A stretch of 61,330 nucleotides of DNA, counting the filler, from Dugesia japonica (Eukaryota): NCBI GenBank assembly GCA_001938525.1. It is 4 parts of 4 records of this genome, joined end to end, with 100 filler letters (N's around TTAATTAATTAA, not from the genome) between each part and the next. Parts side by side here need not be neighbours in the genome. Positions count along the whole stretch, not along the records: positions 1 to 20,014 come from MQRL01622113.1; 3 more parts are not named here. The stretch is one strand, 5' to 3'. Below are positions 1 through 12,133 of this stretch, one piece after another. Numbering within the stretch: the first letter of the stretch is position 1; each line of letters begins with the position of its first letter. The position numbers and the translations under genes were made by a program. Below the pieces are notes generated by a model. It was not told the DNA's origin. It saw only the letters and a program-made list of their open reading frames with translations, and did no database searches.

Positions 1-56
1 AAGCAAATCTGCCTCGTTAATTCAGATATTAAAACAAACTCATAATTAATATAACA

Positions 57-330
57 TTTACATAAAAGCATAAAAAATTTTCGATTTACGATTTTACATA
101 AAAAATCAAAACCTAAAAACTTTCGATTTCGATTTTAATAAAAAATTTTCGATTTACGATTTTACATAAAAAATCAAAACCTAAAAACTTTCGATTTCGA
201 TTTTAAAAAAAAATTTTCGATTTGCGATTTTTCATAAAAAATTTTCGATTCGCGATTTTAAATAAAAAATTTTCGATTTGCGATTTTTTCATAAAAGCAT
301 AAAAAATTTTCGATTCATGATTTTAAATAA
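57..330 (+). repeat. Left terminal inverted repeat array (unit ~ATAAAAAATTTTCGATTYRCGATTTT)
   Basis: Several tandem units, including an ~68-bp direct duplication (about 71-138 / 139-206); reverse complement of the array at 17450-17690. Confidence 0.85.
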
Positions 331-467
331 AAAATAAAAGATTTTAAATAAAACCGAAAAACCCGAAAAATCATTTTCCTCTTTAAGAGGACCCCCACAC
401 ATTGGATTTTTTAAAAGTGAGAGGCACGTTGAGAAAATATAATAAGATTAAATTATTTCTTTATAAA

Positions 468-3400
468 ATGGTAGTAACAAATAATACTTGTACTAATTGA
501 GGAAGAAGTTTTTTAAGTCCAGCAGGTCTAGCATCTCATAGAGATTCAAGAATCTGCACCAGACCAGCGAATGAATTTTATACATGTGGGAGATGTCACA
601 GACGATTCAAATCTGAACGGGGTTTATTACAACATAATAATTCATTACTATGTGGAAATCCTGAAAATGTGAATTTGTATTGTGTGATTTGTGATCAGAG
701 GTTTACTAATCAACCTATAGCAAAATTACACTACAACAGCGAGGCTCATAAAATAGCCGCAGATCCCTCTTCATCATTTAATGTTATAAGATGAGCTTCC
801 AAATGATGATGCTGTTGTTTATATGGATAAAGGAATTGATAGATTATTTAGAGTTAAATATCCAGAATATAAAATTACTCATTTTAAAAATAGTAAAATT
901 AAAATGACGCGAGATATTTCCCATTTACAAGAAAAGAACCTTTTTCAATATAGAGATGAAATAAAAAAAATTACAATAATATTTTTTGAATATGGGAAGA
1001 GGATAAATATTAGATTATCAGTTAAAGCTAAACATTCAAAAGTCACCAATGGTGAACTTATAGAAAGAGTTTTTAAATCTTATACACAAGTTAAAAAAGT
1101 AATACTAGAAACTAAAATTAAAAATACGGTTAATTCACAAATAATTGACCTTGAATTATATTTACAAGACCAAGAAAGATCAGAAAGCAATTGGAGCCTA
1201 GAACATATAATTAAATTTGTAATTGAATTAGAGGTGTACAAGTCTTCAGTAGGCTCTACATATCAAAAGTTACCATTTATGAAAAATGGAGTCATCAACA
1301 TAAAAAATGTTGATAATAAATGTTTTCTATACTCAGCTTTGGCACACAAGCATGTTTTACCAAATCCAACAAGACAATCTACATACCAACCATTCATTGA
1401 AGAGTTTAATCTTGAAGGTATAAATTTTCCAGTGAAAATAGATGATATAAAATTATTTGAAAAAAAAATAATTGGAAGATTAATGGTTTTGAAATAGAAA
1501 GTAAAGCATCTCATCTTCCAATTCACATTTCTCACTATTCATGTAGCCCAGCAATAGAAGAAAATAAATGTAATTTATTACTTTATAAAGGACACTATAT
1601 TCTTTGTAGAGATTTAAATACTTACACAGGTAATAAAAATAAAAATAATTTATGCGTTGGTTGTATGAATATATATCGCAGTGAAGCATTATTTAAAACA
1701 CATCAGGAGGAGTGTATTCATCACAAACCCAGAAAGGTGCGATTTCCAAAACAAGAATATTTCACATTTAAAAATCACTATTTTATGAATAAAATGCCAT
1801 TTGTGGCATATGGAGATTTTGAAAGCTACACAAATACAGAAGATAAAAAACAAAAACCACTTTCCTTGGGAGTTTACTTTGTAAGTCAACATCAGGATTT
1901 AATTCCCACACATTATAAAGAATTCACGGGGGAAAATATTTTAAATGATTTTATAAAATATTTAGAGACTCTAAATAATAAATTAAATATTATCATAAAT
2001 AATCTTCCAGAGGAAAAAGAAATTCCAGACGTGAGAGAAAATAAATGTAGGTACTGTGAAAAATGTTGGTGGAGATAGGGCAAACGATTTTAATAAATTA
2101 ACAGGAGAATTTCGTGGTTATGCACATGAATTTTGTATTCAACAAGACAAATCATTTAAAAACTTGTTTATCCCATTTTACTTTTACAACGCATCTGGTT
2201 ATGATAACCATCTTTTCTTTAGGGAATTATTGGAAAAGCATCCAAATGATGTTAAAAAAATAATTCCACATTCTGACGAGGAATATATTTCATTTGAATT
2301 TTAAAAAATTAGGTTCCTCGATTCGAGCAGAATGTGCACCCAGACATCTTTAGAAAAAATGGGAGACATGCTAAATAAAACCGGAAAATATCCTCTTTTT
2401 TTTTAAAAAAAATATAAATTAAAAGCAAAAAAAAGTAACATTCCCATATGAATATGTAAATGGGAAAAACATACAAGAAACAATAGATTTATTAAAATCA
2501 AATAGAATCCCAACAATGGAAGAATGTAATAATACATTAAAACAGAAAAAAATAAGCGAAGAAGAATATAACAACTTTCTTCAAGACCTTAGTGAATTTG
2601 GAAATATGTAGAAATATACAAAACATTACATGAAAATCGATGTTTTAATTCTTGCAAACTTTTTTGAAAATTTTAGAGAGGTCTGCATGGATTATTACAA
2701 AATCGATCCATGTTATTGTTATTCAGCCCCAGGACTTACATGGGCTGCAGGCATGAAATTTACAAAAATAAAATTAAAATATGCAAATGGATAAACTTAT
2801 ATAATATTTTTAAAAACCGAACGAGGAACTAGAGGAGGTTACTCAGGAGGTTGTGGAGAACGACAGGTTTTTGGAAATAGTAAAAGAAGCCATAAGAAAA
2901 TAAACAAGGCTCAAAGAGAAGATCTCCTCAAATTATTAAAAGAAAAGAAAAATATTCCAGATGATTATTTCCAAGAGACATTTATAAAATACCTCGATGA
3001 GAATTCCTTATACTCGGCTTTTATGACAAAACCTCTTCCAACAGGTGAGTTTATTCAATGCCAGGATTTAATTTATGAAAAATCAACAGATGAGTATAAT
3101 TTCCTCTATGAGGTGGATTTGGAGTATCCTCCTGAAATTCATGAGAGGACAAAATATTATCCTCTTGCACCAGAGAGAATAAATATTACAAAAGAAATTC
3201 TGGCGCCATATCAAAGAGCCTTTAATAAAAACTTTCAAAGGATAATGTTAAATTAACATTAAATCAATTTGATAAGGAAAATTATATAATCCTTGGAAGT
3301 ACATTGGATTTATATCTTGAACTTGGCATGAAACTATAAAAAATTCATTGTAAATATAAAATGCCAACAAGACCATGGTTAAGAGATTATATTCTCTTTA

Positions 3401-4238
3401 ATGTTGAGAAGAGAAATGAAGTCAAAAGAAATAATGATGAATTTGGGAATTATTTATTTAAGCTTTTAAATAATTCCTTTTATGGAAAGACCCTTGAAGA
3501 CATTCGAAAGCGATGCAGCGTGGAAATCGTAGGAAGTGATAAGGACTTTCAAAAGTTTGCATCGAAACTCACCTATAAATATTCAAAGATATTCTCAGAA
3601 AACATAGCAGCAATGCATATGGAGCAGACCAATCTTAAATATAATAAATTTCCATTCATTGGTTTTACAATCCTTGAATATGCAAAGGAAGTAATGTATG
3701 ATTTTATCTATAAAAAATGGCTCCATTGATTGGAAGTGAAAATTACAAAATTCACTATTCTGATACCGACTCAATCTTTGTGGAAATCAAGCGGCAAGAA
3801 AATTTAGACAAGTTGAAAACCCTATTAGGAAATCAGCTCTTTCAAATGAAAGATGAAATGCCTAATAGTGAAATTATACAAGGCAACTTTATAAAATCAA
3901 AACGTTATGCTTTTAATTATAAAAGCAACAATGTCACCAATCTTCACACAAGACACAAAGGCGTCTCTAAAGCAAATAATATAAAAATGTAGGCCTACAA
4001 TAGGATTTTAGCAAATCCCACTGAAAATGTTTATGGGGTTAACCATAAATTAAAATCACACAAGCATGAGATTGAGTTAGTTTCTCAATTGAAAATAGCA
4101 TTATCAGCTTATGATGATAAAAATTTAATAGAAGGTAATGGTATAAAAACATGGCCACACGGTAATAAATTTTACTGTGAAAATTGTCAAGAATATCATT
4201 TAAGGTTAGATTTATTAAACAATAAATTAAGTTGTTAA
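468..4238 (+). pseudogene. polB: Protein-primed family B DNA polymerase with N-terminal zinc fingers, vOTU-like domain and degenerate endonuclease VII insert
   Basis: Frameshifted fragments carry ExoI VAYGDFES, ExoII YFYNASGYDNHL, FPYEY, ExoIII HYMKIDVLILANFFENFR, motif A YLDENSLY, motif B KLLNNSFYGK, motif C YSDTDSIF and C-terminal KIALSAYDDK. The OTU-like dyad is DNKCFLYS / NLLLYKGHY. Multiple stops and frameshifts. Confidence 0.93.
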
Positions 4239-4803
4239 ACTTTTAAATCTTTTAATATTTTTTCATAATTTGCAATTTCATTTTTAGATTTTAAAATTAT
4301 TTCCTGAACTTCCCGGATCATTGTCTTACTTGTTGAAATTTCCTTATCAGTCAAAATATTATCATTTAAGGCTTTCTGTTGAAATAGGAAAAGTTTATTT
4401 TTTACAGTCTCTAATTTTACAATAAGATTTGCATACTTTTTCTTCTTCTTTTGAATTAGAGATGAATTTAATGCGCCAGTAATTTGAATTACAGATCCTT
4501 TTCCAGTTATTATAGGAAGACCTATTACAGTAATACCAAGACCAAGTAGAGTTGCAAAATTACACCTACAATGGCAACGCCGGTTCCAATTAAAATTTGT
4601 CCTATTTTTATTCCATCGTCGGCGGCGCTTCATTTACTATAAAATTTTCGATAGTGTTTTATTTTATCATTTATAAAATATAGNTCATTTTCAAAATCTT
4701 TAATTTTTAGGGATGACAATTTTGTTTTTAGGTCTTCAAGTGTGTAATTATTTATTTCCTGTTGATAATTTTTTAAATCTGGATACAAGGATTCTTCTGC
4801 CAT
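4235..4803 (-). pseudogene. Polinton conserved transmembrane/coiled-coil protein (possibly the family called GasderminX in adintoviruses)
   Basis: MAEESLYPDL N-terminus, hydrophobic Gly-rich segment (ATLLGLGITVIGLPIITG), then KALNDNILTDKEI motif; frameshifted. Family name recalled, not searched. Confidence 0.6.
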
Positions 4804-4822
4804 TTTTATATAGGAAATTTTT

Positions 4823-6070
4823 TATAATTCATCAAATATTTTTTTTGAATAATCTTTAGGACAACCAGTAAGAATAAGAAAGTTATTAATATAAATATTC
4901 CTCGACAAAATTAAATGAAATTTTTTATTTTAAAACTTGCCACCATATTAATTATAACTTCTGATTTTTCACCTACTCTAGTAGCATCATAACCGCTTCT
5001 ACCAGATTTAGGAGTTAGGGTGTTTATTTCTTATTTAAAATTTCCCAGTTTTTCATAAGTAAAATCTAAAATCTCATCAGAACCAATAAAATTAATAGTA
5101 ATACTAATTTTAGGTATTTTAGTATATCCAGAAATAAAAATACATACTGGACCAACAAAATCTTTACCTGTAAAATAAAGTTTTAAAGGACCCACAAGAA
5201 AAAAAATAGTTTTTCATTAAGATATTCCCAACGACCGCTTATTATTACGTTTTCTAAGCTTGCGTAAATTGAATTGTCGGAATAATAAGGAAATCTATTT
5301 TCATTTTTAAGTAAAAAATACATTTTAAAAAACATATATATTTCATAGTCAACATCATTCCATGGTAAATAATTATTAACTAGTCCTTTTATTTTTTCTA
5401 GAGATTTAGATGTTTTAAATATTTCTAAATTTTCATTAATTTTACTTTTATGTTTTTCACTAAGAAGATTTTTTATCTTTTGATATGCCACCACCCAAGG
5501 AAATAATGGATCATTTTGTTTTAAAACTTCATTTTGTTTTTTTAAATTTTCAACATCATCTTTTATTTGGAAAAAAAACTTAAAAATAAATTTTTTTAAA
5601 AATTTAAAATTTACTAGATCATGTTCATCTTCGGGGTCATTAGGCATTTTTATGGTTTTTAATTTACTTTCAATTTCTTTTTGAAAAAATTTTAAATTTA
5701 CCACATCATAGTCGTCTTTAGGGTCATTAATAATTTTTATGTTTTCTAATTTACTTTTGAGATATCTAAAATTTATTACATCATGGTCGTCTTTAGGATC
5801 ATTAGGAATTTTTAAAGTTTTTAATTTACTTTCGAGAAATTTAAAATTTACTGCAGTAATTTGTTTTTGCTCGTTTTTTAAAAATTTTAAATTTACCGCA
5901 TCCAAGTCATCTTTAGGGTCATCAGTAATTTTTAAGGATTTAATAGTGTCACCAGACTCGTTTACAAATTTTTTTTCATTAATTACATCAGCCACTCTTA
6001 GTTTAGCAGAAATCCGATTTATAATTTCTGCTTCATTCGCATCCTGTAAGCTTTCTCCAAATATGTTTAT
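4823..6070 (-). pseudogene. Putative virion fibre/spike protein with DPxDDxDxVN neck-like repeats
   Basis: ORF 5183-5995 has four DPKDDxD(A/V)(V/I)NxxF(L)-type repeats plus one partial. The frame is open upstream to NIFGES (~6070) and continues after a frameshift to ~4823. Confidence 0.6.
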
Positions 6071-6483
6071 TTATTTCAGCAATAATATCATCAAAAGATT
6101 TTTTTGGAAAGCTATACAAAAAATAAATACAAAGTACTCCACAAATTTTTGTTTCAAAAGGTTGAACTTGAATTTCATTAAATTTTTCTACATGCTTCTC
6201 AAGATCTTCATGAAATGGTTTTGACTCTTAAGTCAAAATAAAGTTTATTCTTCATAGCGACCCAATGAGTTCCTTTGTGATTTGTATTTTGATAATTAAA
6301 AATATAATTCATATTATTTTCAAAATGAGAAGGCAACTCATTTTTCATGTAACTTTCCAATGGCATTTTGAAAAAGTCAGCAAATGAATAAAGATCGAAA
6401 TTTTTAGTTGTAGTAATTCCAAATGTTTTTAAGAAAACAAGGATTTTGTCGTCCCCTTTATAATTGGATTTGTCGTTGTACAT
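6033..6483 (-). pseudogene. Adenain-type maturation cysteine protease
   Basis: HKGTHWVA...YFD in ORF 6208-6483; after a frameshift IQVQPFETKICGVLCIYFLY supplies the oxyanion Gln and catalytic Cys. Confidence 0.85.
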
Positions 6484-6956
6484 TTTCTTAAATGAATTAA
6501 TAAAGAGATTGTTTCATTATTAAAATCAATAGGTTTTAAATTTTCATCAACAACTTCAAATCTTAAGTTATCAATATATTGAGTACATATTTTCGAGTAA
6601 ATTGGTTGTGATGGTCTTTCAATAATTTTATATTCAAACTTTACAGTATTTACTGGAAATGAATATAATAAATTAGTTGGTTTATTATTTATATAATTTC
6701 CTTTGACTATATTACAAGTAATGTTGATCATGTTTATATTATTATTAATGTTAACTTTCTCATCGGAATAATGTGTTCCAGGAGCATACTCTTTTGGTTT
6801 AAAACCTAAAAGTTTAAAAAAGAAAGATTTATCATTAAATTTTAAAGTTTTATTTATTTTTAGTAAACATCTGGCGGTTGAGAGGTCTGAGGCTATGGTT
6901 ATTCCTGAATCAATTAATTTCTCTGCAATTTGTTTAATCAAAAACTGATGAGACAT
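6429..6956 (-). CDS. Minor capsid protein (penton, single jelly-roll)
   Basis: INITCNIVKGNYIN...LLYSF...YKIIERPSQPIY...VVDENLKPIDFNNETISLLIHL matches the Polinton penton C-terminal pattern. Confidence 0.8.
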   Translation of the reverse strand: MSHQFLIKQIAEKLIDSGITIASDLSTARCLLKINKTLKFNDKSFFFKLLGFKPKEYAPGTHYSDEKVNINNNINMINITCNIVKGNYINNKPTNLLYSFPVNTVKFEYKIIERPSQPIYSKICTQYIDNLRFEVVDENLKPIDFNNETISLLIHLRKCTTTNPIIKGTTKSLFS

Positions 6957-6960
6957 TTAT

Positions 6961-7854
6961 TTAAAGTATTTTTTTTATAAATTTTATATTTTTCATTTGA
7001 AATTAATTTTCTTGCTCTTAATTTTCCACAAACTAGTTTTATTTTACTACTAGTATGTTCATGACTGGCTTTTTTAGCTGAAATTAAAACTATTAATTTT
7101 TCAAATAAATTCATTGGATTAATTCCTGTGCCTTGTAATGCTGTTCCTTCTGGTTGGATTTTTTCTAATGCGATTTCTTGTGATGCCGGTTGTGTTGAGG
7201 ATGTTGTTCTTTGTGACGTTGTTCCTTCTGATTTTGGTTCTATTTTTTTTCAACATTTGATAATAATTACTAGCGCGCGGTTGGGCAATATTTAATTCTT
7301 GAAAATATGTATTAATGTTTTCTGGGGATATATCACCAGTTTCTTTTATATTTCCTAAAATTATATTTAATACTTCATCTGAGTATGAAACAAGTTTATC
7401 TGGAAATATATAAAAAAATGGTTTTTTTATCCACTTCAACCAAATATATTTTTCTATTATTAATTTTTATATATAAATAAGCTTTTTCATTAATAGTTTC
7501 ATAAGTAAATTCTGGCATTGTTGTTGGTGTTAAATTATTATTATTAATTTTAGTTTTATTATATTCTAGTGTATATGGGGTTTTATTTTGAAATTTATCA
7601 GTTAGTTCTGGTTTCATTTTTTCAGAAATCGCTGTATTTAATTGATCATATAATGATGAAATTGTTGGTGGTTGTTGTGATGTTGGTTGTAATTGTTGTT
7701 GTAATGTTGAAATTGTTGGTAATTGTTGAAAACCAAATGTTAATTGTAAGTTTTTAGATTCAACAACTTTGCGAGTGAAATATTCATTATATTTTTCTTG
7801 AGCCGCAATTATTTCTTTTAACTCTTTAATTCTAGCTGTTATCGCTGTGACCAT
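6961..7854 (-). pseudogene. Polinton conserved ORF of unknown function (coiled coil, Gln-rich, C-terminal helical motif)
   Basis: ORFs 7396-7854 and 7119-7439 plus a shifted C-terminus GTGINPMNLFEKLIVLISAKKASHEH, resembling the DPNEL..RL.LL.ASK.AG motif seen in Polintons. Confidence 0.55.
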
Positions 7855-7876
7855 TTTAATAAGGGTTTAAATATAT

Positions 7877-8343
7877 TCATGTCCCATCATAAGGTCTTAA
7901 AAATAATCCACCACCCTTTTTAAATTTTTTTGGTACTTTTAATTTTTGATTTTTTAAATATTTATAAATGGCTTCACCCTGTTGTTCGCTTATGTTATCT
8001 ATTTCAATTTCTCGTTCTTGTTGTCGTTGTTCTCGCTCTTCATTTAGGTTATCAATTTCCATTTGCTTTTTATGTGCATCTCGGGGATTTGCTACTGTTC
8101 CCGCGATTCCCTGGGCTACGCCGGCTGCGCTCGCTAATCCAGCAAGGATTCCCGGTATTAAAGTTATTAATGGAATAAAACCACCTTTTTTTGATGTTTT
8201 TTAATTTCTTCTTTTGCTCGTTTACCAATCCAATAATTTGTCCCATCAATTTTTATAGATTGACTAAGATTTGAATTTAATAATTTTTTTAATTCCTCTT
8301 CTGTTATATTACTACTTTTAAATTGTGTCGCTTCGCTCGCCAT
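7877..8343 (-). pseudogene. Adenovirus pX(mu)-like core/membrane-active protein
   Basis: One frameshift in the A-run near 8190 gives MASEATQ...KGGFIPLITLIPGILAGLASAAGVAQGIAGT...KGGGLFLRPY. Confidence 0.7.
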
Positions 8344-8347
8344 TTTA

Positions 8348-8710
8348 TTAAGCAAATAAATCGGTTGTCACTTCATTTGTTAGTTGGTTTAAATAATAAT
8401 ATTTACATGGTTGTTTCCAATGAAAATTTAATTCAAAATCATAATCATCTTTTTCATTAAATACGCAAGAAAATAAATCATTATAAACACTATCACAATC
8501 TTTTTTGTTTAATCGAAGAAATATAAAACAATTTGCATTGCCTCTTATTGAATTTTTATCAAGGTGAAAATATGTTTGTGAAATATAAATTATATTACAA
8601 TTTGAATGGCGGCCTCGAGTGAAATAACTTTTTTGAATATCTTGATTTTTTCATTTAGCACATCATCAAAAATTACAAGATTTTTTAAATTTTTTTTAAT
8701 ATATCACAAG
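8348..8710 (-). pseudogene. Packaging ATPase (A32/FtsK-like), C-terminal half
   Basis: Walker B NLVIFDD, then FTRGRHSNCNIIYISQTYF...IRGNAN; joins the N-terminal half across the CAAG TSD. Confidence 0.9.
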
Positions 8711-10509
8711 TGTTGGGGTGACACACCCGTGAAGAAGGTAATAAGACCAAAAATCCAGAATCGGCAAAGAAGAACAGCAGAATTTGTAAATTTACTTGTA
8801 ATGGAATTCAAAAGAAGAAAGCGATTATAATTTGAAAAGATTGTAACGGAAATAATCAGTAAAGAAGAATAAAATACCATCGAAGGGGGTTCAATAAACT
8901 AAGTATTATAAAACCACCTACATCGTTATCGGAATTAAGAAGAATTATTAATAACAATAAAAAACCAAGAAAATCGGTATGAAAGCAATCAATTAACAGA
9001 AGAAAAATATTAATTAATTTTAAATAAAAAAAGAAGCGAAATTAACAAAAAATTCGTTTTATTCGAATAATTTCACTCAGGGAAATCAGAAAGAAGCCAG
9101 ACAAGAAAATATAGAAAGAAAATATCAAGATGCAGTTGAAATTATTAAGAAGAAAAACTTACCACTTTCCAGAGGGTTGCTGCAGGGTCCCCAAGATCGG
9201 ACCAATAGGAGATCTAGAAATAAACATATAACAAAGAACAAAAGCTCACATGATAATACAAAAATAACCACCAACAGAATCGCAGAGAAATCCACAAAAT
9301 TCCAGAAAATTGGCACCAACGCCAATAAAAATCAGAAATCATCGATCTAAAAATAAACCACAAATCGGAGAAAAGTTGGGGTGTAAGGAAAATCCTATAA
9401 AAGGACCCCTGACTTTAGCAGAAAAACAACAACGAAAAATTTTAAACTTATCTAAGTTAGCACTACTGTGTATCATTACAAACTATTGTGGAAGAATATT
9501 AATTCAAGTTCTGAAAAACCACTACCATAAACAGTCACTATTAACTTAAGCAGTTAGTTGGAGACTAAAACATTTACACGTTTAAACCATTCACTTTAGA
9601 AAATTCTTTGGGTCAACCACTGTCACTGACGTTGTAAAGAGAAACCATAGTGTCGACTGGACAGAAAACCGAATAATTCAGCAAGATAAAGAGAAGAAAA
9701 GATCACCTATCAAATTATTCAATTACAAGTTCCCACCATTTACTCGTTGCAGAACTAAGCTTTTCGAAAACAAAAAGGAAGTAAATTTTATGTACACTTT
9801 ATATTATAATGTTTGTAGTTGTTATATGCTAATAAATGTTATTTAAAACCAAAATAAACTATTTTACAGTAGAGGAAAAACAAATTAATGAATAAATTAA
9901 AATCAAGAATTCACAATTATTTTTTTATTTATTTTTCGAATAAATAGCTCACTGTTCTCCCACCATCGATTATATAATTCCAAAACGCCATGAATAGATG
10001 AACGAGAAGATATCCACGAGTAATCTTTTCAATTATTGAATTGACTAATACCACGACATCGGGTCTCAACTTCCCGCTATATTATCACCGGAAACTTTTG
10101 TTAACCTGGTAAGAATGTTATTGGTGACGCAGCAATCGCGAGAATAAACTCCAACACATCTACTAATAATCTGGATACTGCGGAGTTAGGGTAGTAGAAA
10201 ATCAGATAGACACACTCATCGGTAATTACCATTGATTGTCCTGTTAGAATGAAAAGTTTTAGAGTTGCAGTTTCCAGTAAATCCCATATGACTAATCACA
10301 TCTTAATCATAATCGGTGTGTGTCGCCTATGAATTAAAGTAGCAAAACAAATCTATGTTGCCAAGCAACCAGGTTATTCAGACATTCAAAAAAATAATAT
10401 CGATCCGTATTAATTTCCAGGCTATCATAAGAACTGCTCTTGACTTTAGCCACTATAAACGGGGGATTATTATTAGCTTTTGTAACATGTTTCCTGGTCA
10501 TAGTACTTT

Positions 10510-10960
10510 AATTATTACCATTTCAATTACCCTATGATCTATCAATAATATCTTCTATTATTAACACTATTATTAGTAAGGGTATTATTATCAATTTAAT
10601 ATTCAGTACCACTTTACTTCTAATTATTTTGATTCTTTTTTTTATTATCATTCTTATTATTACTTTTATTAGTATGATTATTATTATTAGCATTATCATT
10701 ACTATTGGCATCATTGTTAATTTTCTTTTCATTCTCATAATTACTATTGTTATTAATATTAGGGTCATTAACTTTATTATTATTATCATTGTCGTATTTT
10801 CAGTATTGTCATGCTTATTAGTACTATTATTATCGTTGTTATTATTACTATTACCACTCTTATCATTCTCATTACTATTATTATTATCATCCTTAATTAT
10901 ATTATTACCATTACTACTATTGCTGTATCTTTATTATGATCATTCTGGTTGCCGTTGTTC
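10510..10960. repeat. Degenerate (TTA)n low-complexity tract inside the insertion
   Basis: Imperfect TTA/CTA/TCA triplets; explains the Ile/Leu-rich spurious ORFs. Confidence 0.85.
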
Positions 10961-11072
10961 ACAGCCTTATTATTCCTTTTAATCATCCAGGAATTTAGAG
11001 TTAATTCAAATAGCATTTTTTTGTTATCTGTATCATTATCATTGACCTTATGATTTATGTCAGCAATAAAAC

Positions 11073-11130
11073 ATGATCTGTAGTATCAGTACGATCACTA
11101 TTAACCTGTCCAAGGCTATTACTATCCCTG
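11073..11130 (+). CDS. Putative shared leader coding exon (19 codons + 1 nt) of the insertion's spliced unit
   Basis: AAAACATG start, open frame MICSISTITINLSKAITIP, donor CTG|GTAAGA at 11130/11131 in phase 1. Confidence 0.35.
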
Positions 11131-11359
11131 GTAAGATAAAAAAAAGTATTATGCTGTCTTCACCATCGTTTAATGAGGGTTACAAAAATTATTGAACTCC
11201 TAATATTGACCAAAAAGTCTGAACTAAAATCATTCAAAAAACCAATATCCCTTTATGAGACGGAGTCGTCATATTATTAATATTCGGCAATCGCGATAAA
11301 ATTGTTTTTTCTTGGGTTTGAACCACGAGTTAAGATTTACAATTCGTTTTTCTATTTAG

Positions 11360-11887
11360 TCATGCCTGCCGAGTTGTGTCGTACCGTTCAATGGATCAAA
11401 CGACGACGGCAAACTGCTAGATTAAGACAGTTAATCGCCCATCTCCTAACTAAGGGACAAATTGAACACCCGGATGAAACAGACCTTTGCTGTTTTGCGG
11501 AGATATTCCCCTTAGTGACTTCAGTGGATTTGGATGCATGGAGTCTGCCTTTCTAAGCAGGAGTGTAATTCCCCAAATATTGTTGTTTGGCTGAAATAAA
11601 CTAATGATTTGATTATGTTCTATTTGCTGTTCATTTCTATTGACATTGATTGATGATAGTCTATCGTTGAGCGCATAAGAGACTTTGGCGAGCGTCAACG
11701 ATACCAAGCCTGGACCGGCCCTGTTCGCACTTTTGTGACACCGTTCCAATACCAACCTACAATACCTCCCCCGACTCCCGCGGTACAGGCCTATATCACT
11801 AATCTGCTGTGAAGAATAAGAGAACCTACGAGTAGCGAAGACTCGGAAAATGCCGCACCCACACCAGATTCATCAACTCCCCTTTAG
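11360..11887 (+). pseudogene. Insertion accessory ORF A (unknown, degraded)
   Basis: Acceptor TTTTTCTATTTAG|TC ATG; MPAELCRTVQW...; a shifted Pro-rich continuation with stops runs to ~11887. Confidence 0.4.
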
Positions 11888-12133
11888 TGATTCAAATGTA
11901 TAACGGACAACAAAATTATCTGATTGTCCTCGGCTAAAATATATGTTCAACGTCTTGTATAAATTTTCTTTTTGGTTTTGTTTGCTTTTCATTTTAGGTG
12001 TTTTTCTGGGCTTTAAATCAATTTTGGGGGGTCTAGAACTTAGTAACCGGATTTGTGACTACTATGTCTTTTAGAAACCTAAAGTTATGAGAGCTATTTT
12101 CGTTATATATATATATATATGTTTTCTTTTTAG

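Noticed and set aside
57-330. Regular repeats resembling a CRISPR array
   Set aside because: No unique spacers, eukaryotic context, and the array is mirrored at 17450-17690 as a TIR.
5739-6224. 161-aa plus-strand ORF (likewise 55470-55868 and 1263-1535)
   Set aside because: Antisense shadows of better-supported genes.
10532-10982. Hydrophobic Ile/Leu-rich ORFs on both strands
   Set aside because: Translation of a degenerate (TTA)n tract.
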